IMG/VR virus record: IMGVR_UViG_3300050343_000135
Coordinates: 10,215-74,214 of that record
Length of the DNA stretch: 64,000 nt
Origin: a virus
Strand: one strand, 5' to 3'
The notes below the pieces were generated by a model that had not been told where the DNA came from, did not search any database, and saw nothing but the letters and a program-made list of their open reading frames with translations. Within the stretch, counting starts at the first letter, position 1, and each line of letters opens with the position of its first letter. The translations under genes were made by a program, and so were the position numbers. Below, in pieces: positions 52,638-63,170 of the stretch.

Positions 52638-52864
52638 AAGTAACAATCTATGGCAAACCAAACTGCACTTACTGTACTATGGCAAAGAGCTTAGCAGAGA
52701 ATAAGAAAGCAGAGGTAAGATATTTAACTATGGGAGAAGACTATACTGCTAAGAATTTTATGGCAGAGTTTCCCACAGCTAGAACCTTTCCACAGATTAT
52801 ATTTAATGGAGAAAAGATTGGTGGCTATGCAGCATTGCTAACGTTACTAACAAACGAGGAGTAA
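52634..52864 (+). CDS. Glutaredoxin
   Basis: CTYC, ARTFPQI, KIGGY. Confidence 0.92.
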   Translation: MKVTIYGKPNCTYCTMAKSLAENKKAEVRYLTMGEDYTAKNFMAEFPTARTFPQIIFNGEKIGGYAALLTLLTNEE

Positions 52865-53008
52865 TATGAAACCTATAAAAACAAATGATGGACAAGCTAG
52901 AGTTATAAACGATAGTGAAAATGTCGAAGAAAAAGTAAAAACATCTGTAAGATTGCGAAAGCAAATTAAACTACTAAAAAATAACAAAATAACCAAGATA
53001 TTCAGAGC

Positions 53009-53281
53009 ATGGAAATAACAAATAATAAATTTAAAGAACGAGAAGCACTCCTTATACTAAAAAATCACATTTTAGCAACCTATGACCAACACTATAGTAT
53101 GAATAAAATTCAGGCAACTGAGTTTATATTCGACGCTGGCCATGGAGAAAGTTTCTGTTTAGGGAATATTATAAAGTATGCTCAAAGATATGGAAAAAAA
53201 GACGGCAAAAACAAACAAGACATTTTAAAAATATTACATTACGCAATTATGTTGCTAGGAGAAGAGATTGATAAAAAATAA
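53009..53281 (+). CDS. DUF3310-like protein
   Basis: HY...FCLGNIIKYAQRYGKK...DILKILHY. Confidence 0.7.
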   Translation: MEITNNKFKEREALLILKNHILATYDQHYSMNKIQATEFIFDAGHGESFCLGNIIKYAQRYGKKDGKNKQDILKILHYAIMLLGEEIDKK

Positions 53282-53891
53282 ATCACACGAAAATCTTACT
53301 GATGTAAATATTAGAAAAGTTATAGAGCTACTTGAACAACCTAGTCCTATAACTAAAAAAGAGGCATGCGGAATTCTGAATATTAGGTATAACACGACCA
53401 GACTTCAGAAAATTATTGAAGAATGGAAGGACACACAGGAGTTCAAGGCACGAAGAAAAGCCATGAACAAAGGCAAGCCTGCAAGTAGAGACGAAATTTC
53501 TAGCGTCGCAAAAATGTATGTAGAAGGATATAATGTATCTTCTATTGCACAGTCCATTTACCGCTCCCCCGCCTTTATAAAGAATATCATTGAGAGAATT
53601 GGAATACCAATGAAACTCGCTGATTCAGATTATGAAGCCAGAAAGAGAGCGTTACTACCCGAACAATGTGTAGCTGACACATTCCACGAGGGAGAGGTAA
53701 TATGGGCAATTAAAGTAAACTATCCAGCAAAGGTTATTAAGGAGTTACAACCTGAAGAAGCTGAGGATAGAGGGTATAAATTATACCTTTGTTATACGAT
53801 TGAATGTACAGACTTAAGTAAGACATTCTTTCCACATTTAGATATGCTGGAAAATACACTGCTCAACCTGCTTATGAGCTTGGTAGTTTAA
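53268..53891 (+). CDS. T5 D2-like protein
   Basis: TKKEACGILNIRYNTTRL...IAQSIYRSPAFIK; syntenic with T5. Confidence 0.65.
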   Translation: MIKNKSHENLTDVNIRKVIELLEQPSPITKKEACGILNIRYNTTRLQKIIEEWKDTQEFKARRKAMNKGKPASRDEISSVAKMYVEGYNVSSIAQSIYRSPAFIKNIIERIGIPMKLADSDYEARKRALLPEQCVADTFHEGEVIWAIKVNYPAKVIKELQPEEAEDRGYKLYLCYTIECTDLSKTFFPHLDMLENTLLNLLMSLVV

Positions 53892-53906
53892 GACACTTGG
53901 AGCAGT

Positions 53907-54173
53907 ATGGAGTTAAGTTTATTTAGTATATTGTTGGCAGTTTATTTGTCATCAATAATAATGTTAATGGGGAGATTATGGTGGCCTATTCATAATTACA
54001 TGAAAAGGTCTTACCCAGACCACCTAGTAACAAGATGGTGGCCTATTGTATTTATTATACAGTTAATAGGCTACACTATAGGCGCACCCTTTTTATGGGG
54101 GTGTATCGTGAATGATGAGTTGCAAGATAGGTTTATAACTAAATATCTAGTAACTATAATGGAAGGAGAATAA
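53907..54173 (+). CDS. Two-TM membrane protein
   Basis: Hydrophobic profile. Confidence 0.6.
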   Translation: MELSLFSILLAVYLSSIIMLMGRLWWPIHNYMKRSYPDHLVTRWWPIVFIIQLIGYTIGAPFLWGCIVNDELQDRFITKYLVTIMEGE

Positions 54174-54370
54174 TGAATTATTTATTTACAGCATTAATTA
54201 AAAAATTGGAAGGAGATGCAGAGGTTGCAAAGGCAAACCTACTGACATATCAGCGTAATTCTGTTGGTATCGGGGAACACCCTGATATTGTAGAAGCTAT
54301 GGAGACTCAAGTGTCAAAAATAGCGGAAGCAGAAGATAAGATTAAGGCAATCAAGAAACATTTTTCATAG
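54173..54370 (+). CDS. Conserved phage hypothetical protein (VGIGEH motif)
   Basis: 65 aa helical hairpin. Confidence 0.65.
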   Translation: MNYLFTALIKKLEGDAEVAKANLLTYQRNSVGIGEHPDIVEAMETQVSKIAEAEDKIKAIKKHFS

Positions 54371-54514
54371 GATGTATAAAATAGTTCTTGACAAATCTTT
54401 CAAAATTTATTATAATATATTTATATTATGAGTGATAGATATTACCAACAAATGAAGGAAGCGACAGGGTGGGCACCCGGCATGCCTGAATTTTACAAAC
54501 ACAGGAGAAAACGT

Positions 54515-54871
54515 ATGTCAACATGGACAGATGAAACAAAACAAGAAGCTATTGATATGTATGTAGAAGAAAATGCTACACCAGAGAATAGTATGGAAAT
54601 AGTTGCAGACATTGCTGAGCAACTAGGACAAACACCTAATGGAGTCAGAATGATTCTTACTAAGGCTGGCGTCTATGTCAAGAAAACACCAGCAGCCAAG
54701 GCTTCAGGTGGTTCAACAGGTGGAACAAGAGTATCAAAAGCTGACGCTCAAGATGCATTGTCATCTGCTATTAGTGACGCAGGTCATGAAGTAGACAGTT
54801 CTATAGTTGAAAAACTAACTGGTAAAGCAGCACAGTATTTTGCTGACCTTATCAACAAAATAAACGAGTAA
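54515..54871 (+). CDS. T5 D3-like DNA-binding protein (A2 superfamily)
   Basis: WTDETKQ...IAEQLGQTPNGVRMILTKAGVYVKK...KLTGKAAQYF; AGGAG RBS before 54515; an in-frame upstream ATG at 54428 follows promoter 54388-54416. Confidence 0.75.
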   Translation: MSTWTDETKQEAIDMYVEENATPENSMEIVADIAEQLGQTPNGVRMILTKAGVYVKKTPAAKASGGSTGGTRVSKADAQDALSSAISDAGHEVDSSIVEKLTGKAAQYFADLINKINE

Positions 54872-54878
54872 TTGTTTG

Positions 54879-54905
54879 TACCCCGACTAGCTCGGGGTAT
54901 TTTTG
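54879..54905 (+). terminator. Intrinsic terminator
   Basis: TACCCCGA/TCGGGGTA plus T-run. Confidence 0.8.
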
Positions 54906-54968
54906 TATCTAAAATATTGACCTTAAGTTAAAAAGAAGAAAATTTTCAACTATTAACTAAGGAGCTAT

Positions 54969-55238
54969 ATGAAAAAGAAAGAGTTCATTGAAAAGATGGA
55001 CAGAGCAGGCGACGCAATAATTACTTACAGAAGTCAAAATAGTCGCAAGTTGAAGTATAACGTGTGTACTATAGATTTTGACAATAAATACATACAATCG
55101 AAGAAAACTAGGGCAAAAAGCGGTCAACACACTGTATTATGTTTTTGTTGGGACACTGATTCCTACAGAATACTTGTGCCAGATAATGTAACAAGTATTG
55201 TACCCTTAAATAAGGTGATTAGAAATGAACCTGTATGA
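54969..55238 (+). CDS. Conserved T5-like protein (WYL/SH3-like fold)
   Basis: CTIDFDNKYI...FCWDTDSYR...VTSIVPL. Confidence 0.6.
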   Translation: MKKKEFIEKMDRAGDAIITYRSQNSRKLKYNVCTIDFDNKYIQSKKTRAKSGQHTVLCFCWDTDSYRILVPDNVTSIVPLNKVIRNEPV

Positions 55239-55527
55239 GGCACCAGCAAAATATGAAAAAGTTATTTCAATCAATGAAGATAACTCGGAGCAAGTAAGAC
55301 TAGTAGTAAACAGTTTTAGGGGCAAAGAGTATCTACATCTTCGTAAATACTATCAAGACTTTGATGAAGAATGGAAGCCTAGCAAGGACGGTATTGCTAT
55401 GTCTATTGACTTTGAGAACACAAGAGGCCTTTTTGAAGGTCTTGTAGAAATTATCTCTCTAGCGGAGTCAAGAGAAATATTAGAAAGAGAGTTTTCTGAC
55501 CTTATAAACCAAACTTACCAATCATAA
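55225..55527 (+). CDS. PC4/p15-like ssDNA-binding protein
   Basis: FRGKEYLHLRKYY...WKPSKDGI. Confidence 0.8.
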   Translation: MNLYEAPAKYEKVISINEDNSEQVRLVVNSFRGKEYLHLRKYYQDFDEEWKPSKDGIAMSIDFENTRGLFEGLVEIISLAESREILEREFSDLINQTYQS

Positions 55528-55570
55528 AATAGTTCTTGACAACTCCCCAAAATCTCTGTATAATATACTT

Positions 55571-55864
55571 ATGATTTTAAAAGGAAGTATGAGCTACGAC
55601 CAGCATGGGCGTAAAAGAAAGAACAGATTAAAGACAAAGAGGAAGTCGTCTAACCGGTCAGGACAGTGGGTTCGCCTACAGGTGCAGGATCATACCCTGC
55701 CTTCCTCACCCTCTATACCAAGTGCAGAGCCTTCACCATATAGGCCTGCCGAGGATACTTCATACAAGAAGGAAGTAAGTAAACAATATACAGTCGCTGT
55801 TGCGTATAACAAAGGTGCATACCAAGTTATACCAAGAGACGACATCAAACACATAGGCAAATAG
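55571..55864 (+). CDS. Basic hypothetical protein (AYNKGAYQVI)
   Basis: Promoter 55536-55564 directly upstream. Confidence 0.65.
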   Translation: MILKGSMSYDQHGRKRKNRLKTKRKSSNRSGQWVRLQVQDHTLPSSPSIPSAEPSPYRPAEDTSYKKEVSKQYTVAVAYNKGAYQVIPRDDIKHIGK

Positions 55865-55866
55865 AT

Positions 55867-56799
55867 ATGATTTTAGATTTAGTTAGAAAAGCATCAGAAG
55901 AATACTACAAAGGTTCGCCTATTATGTCAGATGAGATGTATGACCATCTCTTTAACCTAGCAAACATTGAGGATGTTGGGTACTCTGATATCTCAGAAAA
56001 ACGGTTCCCGCATTTATATCCAATGTTTTCCCTACAAAAAGTTTGGGAAGGCGAAGATACGCCTGACTTTCCGTGTGCAGTAGTCACACCTAAGTTTGAT
56101 GGAGCTGCGATAAGTATATTAATTGCAGATGGCAAAGTACAGAAAGTACTAACACGAGGAGATGGAAAAGAAGGATTGGATATCACTAGACTAATGTCTA
56201 AGAAGTTACCGACCTCCTTTCCTGTAACTGCTCCTATGCAAATAACAGGAGAGGTAGTCTCCCCTAAAACTATTCCCAATGCAAGAAACTATGCCGCTGG
56301 AGCATTGAACCTTAAAAGTGTTGATGAGTTTATGACTCGAGACGTAAGGTTCATTGCCTATGGCATCAATGTATACCCTACAGAAACGTATGAGTCTGAC
56401 TTAGACTTTATAGAATCACTAGGATTTGATACTGTTACTTCAATAGCTGACCAAGCTGAGGACTATCCTCAAGATGGGCTTGTTATAAGAGTAAACAGTA
56501 ATCAAAAGTTTGACAACTTAGGATTTACTAGTCACCACCCTAGAGGAGCGTATGCTCTGAAGAAAAGAGAGCCAGGAGTCGTTACTACATTATTAGGTGT
56601 AGAATGGCAAGTAGGTAAATCAGGTGCAGTATCTCCAGTTGCAATCCTAGAGCCAGTAATGATAGAGGATGCTTTAGTTAGTAGAGCAAGTCTACATAAC
56701 AAAGCTATCATAGAAGCCCTTAACTTAGAGATTGGGTGCTATGTAGAAGTAATTAGAGCAGGTAAGATAATACCACAAATTGTACAGAGGATAGGATGA
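55867..56799 (+). CDS. NAD-dependent DNA ligase, subunit A (adenylation and OB domains)
   Basis: KFDG, TRGDG, NARNYAAGAL, DGLV, WQVGKSG..SPVA, RAGKIIPQI. Confidence 0.93.
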   Translation: MILDLVRKASEEYYKGSPIMSDEMYDHLFNLANIEDVGYSDISEKRFPHLYPMFSLQKVWEGEDTPDFPCAVVTPKFDGAAISILIADGKVQKVLTRGDGKEGLDITRLMSKKLPTSFPVTAPMQITGEVVSPKTIPNARNYAAGALNLKSVDEFMTRDVRFIAYGINVYPTETYESDLDFIESLGFDTVTSIADQAEDYPQDGLVIRVNSNQKFDNLGFTSHHPRGAYALKKREPGVVTTLLGVEWQVGKSGAVSPVAILEPVMIEDALVSRASLHNKAIIEALNLEIGCYVEVIRAGKIIPQIVQRIG

Positions 56800-56996
56800 G
56801 TATAAAAATCGTAGAAGGAAAAAAGTTACACGAGTTTAGAAGTGATACTAGAAGAGCAGAAATATATGCCCATAGAAAAGGGTATGTAGTTAGGCTGTTT
56901 GAAAACCAAGTATGGAAAGAAGATAGAGTTATTGTAAACCATACTGAAGAGTACGCTGAAAATTGTGCAGAAAATTTTGTATCTAATATATTTTAA
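56796..56996 (+). CDS. Hypothetical protein
   Basis: 66 aa, coupled; YAENCAENFV. Confidence 0.6.
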   Translation: MSIKIVEGKKLHEFRSDTRRAEIYAHRKGYVVRLFENQVWKEDRVIVNHTEEYAENCAENFVSNIF

Positions 56997-57364
56997 TGGC
57001 TGGAGGAGTATACAATCAAACGTACTTCGATAATCGTCCTCTTGAAAAAGAACGGGACGGAGTTTTATACGGCGTAATTTTAGTTAATACAAAAACATGG
57101 AACCGAGAGTGTATCAAGGTAGGTATAGCTAGTGGGAAAGACTGGAGACACGTAATCAAACGAAGTCGAGGATTTAAATACTACGACTTAAGAATACAAC
57201 GAACTTACCACGATACTATATATAACTGCTGGAAGTTTGAACAGGAACTTCATGCTAAGTATAAGCATGACAGCTATGCTCCAAAAATTAAGTTTGGAGG
57301 ACATACAGAGTGTTTCAAAATTTCTTCCTTAATTCTTCAGGACTTCCCCAAAAATAGATCTTGA
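56996..57364 (+). CDS. GIY-YIG-like (T5orf172/MUG113-type) nuclease
   Basis: GVLY...IKVGI...EQELH...FGGHTECF. Confidence 0.65.
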   Translation: MAGGVYNQTYFDNRPLEKERDGVLYGVILVNTKTWNRECIKVGIASGKDWRHVIKRSRGFKYYDLRIQRTYHDTIYNCWKFEQELHAKYKHDSYAPKIKFGGHTECFKISSLILQDFPKNRS

Positions 57365-57413
57365 CAAATGGTCAAAATCTTAGTATAATATATGTATATT
57401 TTGAGAATAAGAG

Positions 57414-58168
57414 ATGATAACAATACCAACAGAATGTCCGAGTTGTAACACAAGTCTAAAACTTGTCAAGGATATCCTGTATTGTTTGAATGACCATTGT
57501 CCTGCTAAGTGGGACAAGAAGGTGGAGGGCTTTGCCAAACACCTTAAAATAAAAGGTCTTGGCCCCTCAACCATTCAGAAACTACAGATTCAGGATTTTC
57601 ACGATCTCTACTCCTTATCGAGGGAAGAAATATCTGACTGCCTGAATTCTGAAAAGATTGCTGACAAACTGTATCTTAGAAGTACAGAAGTCTACAGAAT
57701 CTGGGTTGGAGGAACTTTTACCAGCATTTGGAATACCACTTGTCGGTAAGTCAATCTCTTCCAAACTCTGTGCAGTTGTAGACGATATTTCAGGTATAAA
57801 CTGGGATAGTTGTCACCGAGCAGGTTTGGGGCCTAAGGCTACTCAGAATCTAATAAACTGGATTCAGGATGAGTTTTATCCGAATGAATACAACACACTA
57901 CCTTTCTCTTTCAAGACGAAACAAAAAAGTGTAAAAGAGAGAGAGTAAAGGAGTCGTCTGTATCACAGGTAAACTTAGTAGTTATCCGAATAAGTCAGCT
58001 GCTTTAGCAGTGCTTGAGAAAGCTGGCTATACAGTAAAAGGTACTGTAACTAACGCCGTTACAATACTGATTAACGAGAGTGGTATTGAAAGTTCTAAAA
58101 CTATCAATGCTAGAAACAAAGGCGTTAAGATAATAACAAACTTAAAAAAGCTATTAAAGGAGAATTAA
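57414..58168 (+). CDS. NAD-dependent DNA ligase, subunit B (Zn finger, HhH, BRCT), with indels
   Basis: PTECPSC...YCLNDHC, IKGLGPSTI, GIPLVG, VCITGKL; own promoter 57361-57389. Confidence 0.88.
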
Positions 58169-58169
58169 A

Positions 58170-58897
58170 ATGGCATTACCAAAATGGACAGACGAGAGAA
58201 CTGATCAACTAGTTAACTTCGTCGGTGAAGGCCCTATTTCACAAGCTCAAGTTGCAGAAGCAGCTGAAGACTTAGAGACATCAACAAGAAGTGTATCTTC
58301 AAAGTTGAGAAAAATGGGATATGAAGTTGAATTAGCATCATCATCAGCAAGCAAAGCGTTTTCTGATGAGCAAGAAGCAACTCTACAGAACTTTGTATCT
58401 GAACAACAGCGGAACATATACATACGCTGAAATCGCAGAGAATTTCGAAGGTGGACACTTCTCAGCAAAATCAATCCAAGGTAAAATTCTTATCAATGGA
58501 ATTAACTGGTCATGTAAAACCAGCTGAGAAAGTTGTAATCACCTAGAACTTACTCTCCCGAAAGCGAAGAAACAACATTTACGACTATGGTAAACGGTGG
58601 TTCATTCGTAGAAGAAATTGCAGAAGCTTTAGGCAGAATCTGTTAACTCTATCAGAGGAAAAGCTCTTAGCTTTACTTAGAAGTGGCGACATTAACGCTA
58701 TTCCTAAGCAAAAAGAAACTAAAGGTTCTAACAAACAAGACCCTTTTGTTGACTTAGAAATTGCGTCTTTAACTGTAGACGAAATAGCAGAAGAAATCGG
58801 AAAAACTGTAAGAGGCGTGAAAACAATGCTTACTAGAAGAGGTCTAGCATGTGCAGACTACGATGGTTCAGCTAAAAAAGAAAAATCAGTTAGCTAG
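58170..58897 (+). CDS. T5 D5-like DNA-binding transcription factor, with indels
   Basis: KWTDERT...RSVSSKLRKMG...IGKTVRGVKTMLTRRGL..DYDG. Confidence 0.8.
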
Positions 58898-58906
58898 TTA
58901 AACTTT

Positions 58907-58945
58907 GAAGCGGAACTCCCTTTTGTGGGGGTCTCCGCTTCTTTT
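58907..58945 (+). terminator. Intrinsic terminator
   Basis: GAAGCGGA..TCCGCTTC plus TTTT. Confidence 0.75.
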
Positions 58946-58961
58946 ATTTGGGAGAATAATA

Positions 58962-60325
58962 TTGACGCTGGCCTCAGCATTACTACATCAGATTTTATCG
59001 CAAAAAGACATTTCAGTATGGACAGAACTGAAGGAAATCTACTTACCTGCAGAATATAAATCGCTATGGAAAATTATCAATTCGCATGTCGACAGATATG
59101 GGGATTTACCTAGCTTTGAAGATTTAAAGTTCGAGATTAGAGATTCTAAGTTACAAGAAATGATTTTTGCAATAGAATCCATTGAGACTGAGATTGATGC
59201 TAATACTTTATTAGACTATCAGAAAAATGAATTCACCCAAACAGAGATACTATCTCAAATAGATTCGTTTGTAGATGAAACAATTGCTTTCTCTACAGCG
59301 GAGGAGAACTTAGAGTCACTACAAGAAATAGTGGTTGAAGTCTCCGAAAAAGTCGATACCACTCCGCCTGGAGAAAATATGGCAAAGATTGAATTGTTCG
59401 ACCCCGAGGAAGAACTAGGCAAGTTTGTCACTCTAGGATTAAATACGGAGTATGATAGAGACTTTACTTTTTCTCCCAAAGATTTGGTGCTAGTGGGAGG
59501 ACGACGTGGTGCAGGTAAATCTATTACATGTGCTAACTTGGCTAACAATATTTATGAAGGCGGACGTTCTGCCTTGTATTTTACAATCGAGATGGATTCT
59601 CGTCAAATTCTACAAAGGTGTTGTGCACTTGGTGCCAATGTACCTGTGAACAGACTTAAGTTAAAGAATCTATCACAAGATGAGTGGAATAGAGTAGCAA
59701 AATGGTGGTGCGACAGATATCAAGATAGTGGGGATTTGCTCACTGACTTCTATAATCATAGAGACTTTAACGATGTTATGCACACTAAGCTTGTCAGAAA
59801 TCCTCTTCGCGAGGACAAGCAGATTGAGATTATTTACGATCCAATGCTGACTATTGGTAAGATTGACGCAGTGCTCAAAACAAAAATGAACCAGTTGCCC
59901 GATGTTGGCGTTATTATAGTAGACTATCTAAACCAAGTCAAACGCTCACTAGCCTCAGGTCGTCAGTATGAGTGGACAGAACAGATTGAAGTAAGTAAGA
60001 CTCTGAAGTCTATGGCTCAAGCAGTACGAAACTATGGTGTTCTCTCCATATCAGACTGATGCTACAGGGGAAGCAAGATTTGCAAAGGGTATTCTTGATG
60101 CTGCTGATGCAGCCTACAGTCTTAAATGCTTGGGACACAACAGGATGCCTGTGTGACCTTTCAGTTGTCAGAAAATGAGAAGCGCTCAAATGAGAGACTT
60201 TACTTCTGAAATGGATTGGGACACCTCTACGTATCGGGCCTACACTCTGTTATTGAGTCCTGAGGATACGACAGGAGCTAAAAGAGAGCATGTCTACAGG
60301 AGAAGCTATCAATGACACTGTAGAG
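58962..60325 (+). CDS. Replicative DnaB-like helicase (T5 D6), with C-terminal indels
   Basis: GGRRGAGKS, FTIEM, IVDYLNQV, GEARFAKGILDAAD; TTG start after GGAG. Confidence 0.9.
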
Positions 60326-60770
60326 TAGGATTTACATGTGGTGCATTTGATCTACTTACATGCAGGGCACATAGCTAATGCTCAGAGAAGCTAAAGACCA
60401 ATGTGCGATTATCTAATAGTAGCGGATTACAAACTGATCCAAGTTTAGACAGACAAGAGGAAAACAGACGCCTATACGCAGTCTATTGTATGAAAGGTAT
60501 ACGCACAGCTTTCAGCAGGGGTTAAGTATGTAGACGAAATCACTTGTGTATGATACTGAACAAAGATCTACTTGAGACTTCTTAGATATGCTATCAGACA
60601 TACATCTTCGAATTTTGTCGGAGACGAGTATAGTAGATCAGAGACTTTACTGGGAAAGATTTATGTTAGTCAAGAGATATAAGTTTATATTTCAACAAGT
60701 AGAGCACCATTCTTTTTCCAGTACTACAGATTAAGGAACAGAGTAAATGAGAATAGCAGTAACAGGTAGT
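60312..60770 (+). CDS. Cytidylyltransferase (TagD/RfaE-like), heavily indel-broken
   Basis: GFTCGAFDLLHAGH, GLQTDPS, KYVDEI and HSFSST fragments. Confidence 0.75.
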
Positions 60771-61563
60771 AACGGATTTATAGGTCAAGTGCTTAGATTG
60801 AGAAGCTAGAAGACTACAGAGCATAGAAGTACTAGAGTTTATGACATACATAATTGGGATATTAAATATTCCTCGTAGACCCTGGAAGTGAGTAATTGAA
60901 CAGCATTGGCTTACAGTGTACTGATTGTGTTGTGCATCTAGGAGGACTAGTCAGAAGGTTGGGGGAAAGTGTATGTAAACCTTCAAAGTATGTACAATCA
61001 TCAAATATAATGAAGGAACTAAGAGAGTAATCGATGCCTTCCATGGCGCAAAGTTTATCTTTGCTTCTACCGGTGCTGCATTCAATCCAACTTCCCCTTA
61101 TGCAAAATCTAAACTACTTGCGGAAGATATTGTAAAAGCTGAATGTAAAGAATATACTATATTTAGATTTTATAATGTAGGAGGACGAAACCCTACAAAC
61201 CCTGAAGGATTACATGCTGCTACAGTTAATGCATGTGGAACAGGACTCTTTACCATATATGGTAATGATTACAATACAAAAGATGGGACGTGTGTAAGAG
61301 ACTATGTCCATGTAGATGATTTATGTGATGCAATAATGAGAGCAATACATGAGCCAGGTGCAATGACAGATTACGAGCCTTTAGGTTCTGGACATTCTTA
61401 CACAGTCTTAGAGTATGTAAATGCTTTCTTAGAGGAAAATGGACCAAAGTTCAAAGTAGAATACGGACCAAGAAGGACAGGAGACAATGAATCCAGTCAA
61501 GTTCCTCACATGAGTAGATTTATGAAACCAAAGAAAACTATTAAGGATATAGTAAAAATATGA
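60747..61563 (+). CDS. NAD-dependent epimerase/dehydratase (GalE-like), with indels
   Basis: MRIAVTGSNGFIG, FIFASTGAA, SPYAKSK, FRFYNVGG, YGNDYNTKDGTCVRDYVHV. Confidence 0.85.
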
Positions 61564-61736
61564 TATTATATACAGAAAAACAATTACAGACAGCTTACAT
61601 ACTTTATGTAAGAAGTCTACACGAAAACAATCAAATATTTAGGAAACTACCAAATGGATATTCCATCACTAGAGGAATTTAGGTTGATATACGAAGCAGA
61701 GATAGAGCTAGAGTACAATGGAGATAACTTACACTA

Positions 61737-62590
61737 ATGGAAGCAGTTAAACTTACTAGTAGAGAAAGGGGAGTAGACTATGAGCTGTCAGGAAAAGATG
61801 CAGTAGTAAAATGTCTTAGCCCAGACCATGATGATGGCAATCCAAGTATGAGAATTGACAAAGTTACTGGAATGTTTCACTGTTTCTCATGCGGGTTTAA
61901 AGGCAACTTATTCACTTTCTTTGGCGCACCGCAGTCTCCACTAGAGATTAAAAGATATATGTTAAAAGAGAAGATTGCGGAGAAGAAGAGCATCCTCTAG
62001 TAGGTATTAAAATGCCTGCCGGTGCTAGTAATGTATGACGGCACACTAAGAAACATAAGTGCAGATACATCTGAAAATATGGAGTGCATTTACTTGGGAT
62101 GACGGAGACAAGTTTGCTGGTAGAGTTATATTTCCTATTAGGGATATAACAGGCAAAACAGTTGGGTTGATAGGAAGATTGTTGAGAGATGACCCAACAA
62201 GACCAAAGTATCATCTCTATCCACCAGGACTTAAAGTTACCATTGTGTCCTGCAAAACCAAAAATGATACAAAATAGAATTATACTAGTTGAGGGAATAT
62301 TTGATGCTCTTAACTTATGGGACAAAGGGTTAAAGAATGCAGTCTGCTGTTTTGGAACACAGTCTGTAGATTGGGTTAAACTGTCTATTCTGAAGATGCA
62401 AGGAGCAACAGCAGTAGACATTATGTTTGATGGAGACGAAGCAGGTCAACTCGCAGCTACGAAAGTAGAAGGTATATGCGAAACGTCTAGGTCATGGCAC
62501 ATCAAACAATTAAATTAAAACAAGGAAATGACCCGGGCAACTTCACTACAAAAAGGAGTTGACAGACTAAAAAGAAGATTATATGGGTAG
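61737..62590 (+). CDS. DNA primase (Zn finger plus TOPRIM), with indels
   Basis: CLSPDHDDGNPS...HCFSCG, LVEGIFD, MFDGDEAG. Confidence 0.9.
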
Positions 62591-63170
62591 TATGAAAACA
62601 CAAGAAGTGGTAGATATAAAAAATGCTTGTCCTGAATGGACGAATCAAGATTTAAAACCACTTAATCACCAAGGTGCAGAAGTACCTGGGTACATGATAG
62701 CAAAAGATGGAGTTGTAATTAACTACAACGTAAAGAAAGAAGGAACACCTTTGACTTGGTATGGAACTGGGCCACATGGTAATAAATATCCTTCAGTTGG
62801 ACTGAAACTTCCTGCGAGTATACTTAAGTATGTAAACAAAGAAGCAGGAAACTACTGTGAAAGAACGGACACAGTAAAGAGAGTAGTAAGACTCCATGTA
62901 TTAGTAATGGACAGTTGGGTAGGTTTAGAGGACTGTCCCGAAGAATTAAGACCCTATTGGAATAATTTTGATGAGAACTTAAGAAGTATCTTAAGACCTT
63001 TCTTCAACGTAGACCATATAGATGATAACAAACACAATCCACACGTAAGTAATTTACAGTATGTATGTCCTAAGGACAACCACTGGATTATAAAAGGTGG
63101 ACACGCACCAAACCTACAGCTAGGTAATGGTGTATACACAAAAGACAAGGAGATAAAATGGCTAAAGTAG
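62583..63170 (+). CDS. HNH homing endonuclease
   Basis: LHVLVMDSW...VDHIDDNKHNPHVSNLQY. Confidence 0.8.
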   Translation: MGSMKTQEVVDIKNACPEWTNQDLKPLNHQGAEVPGYMIAKDGVVINYNVKKEGTPLTWYGTGPHGNKYPSVGLKLPASILKYVNKEAGNYCERTDTVKRVVRLHVLVMDSWVGLEDCPEELRPYWNNFDENLRSILRPFFNVDHIDDNKHNPHVSNLQYVCPKDNHWIIKGGHAPNLQLGNGVYTKDKEIKWLK

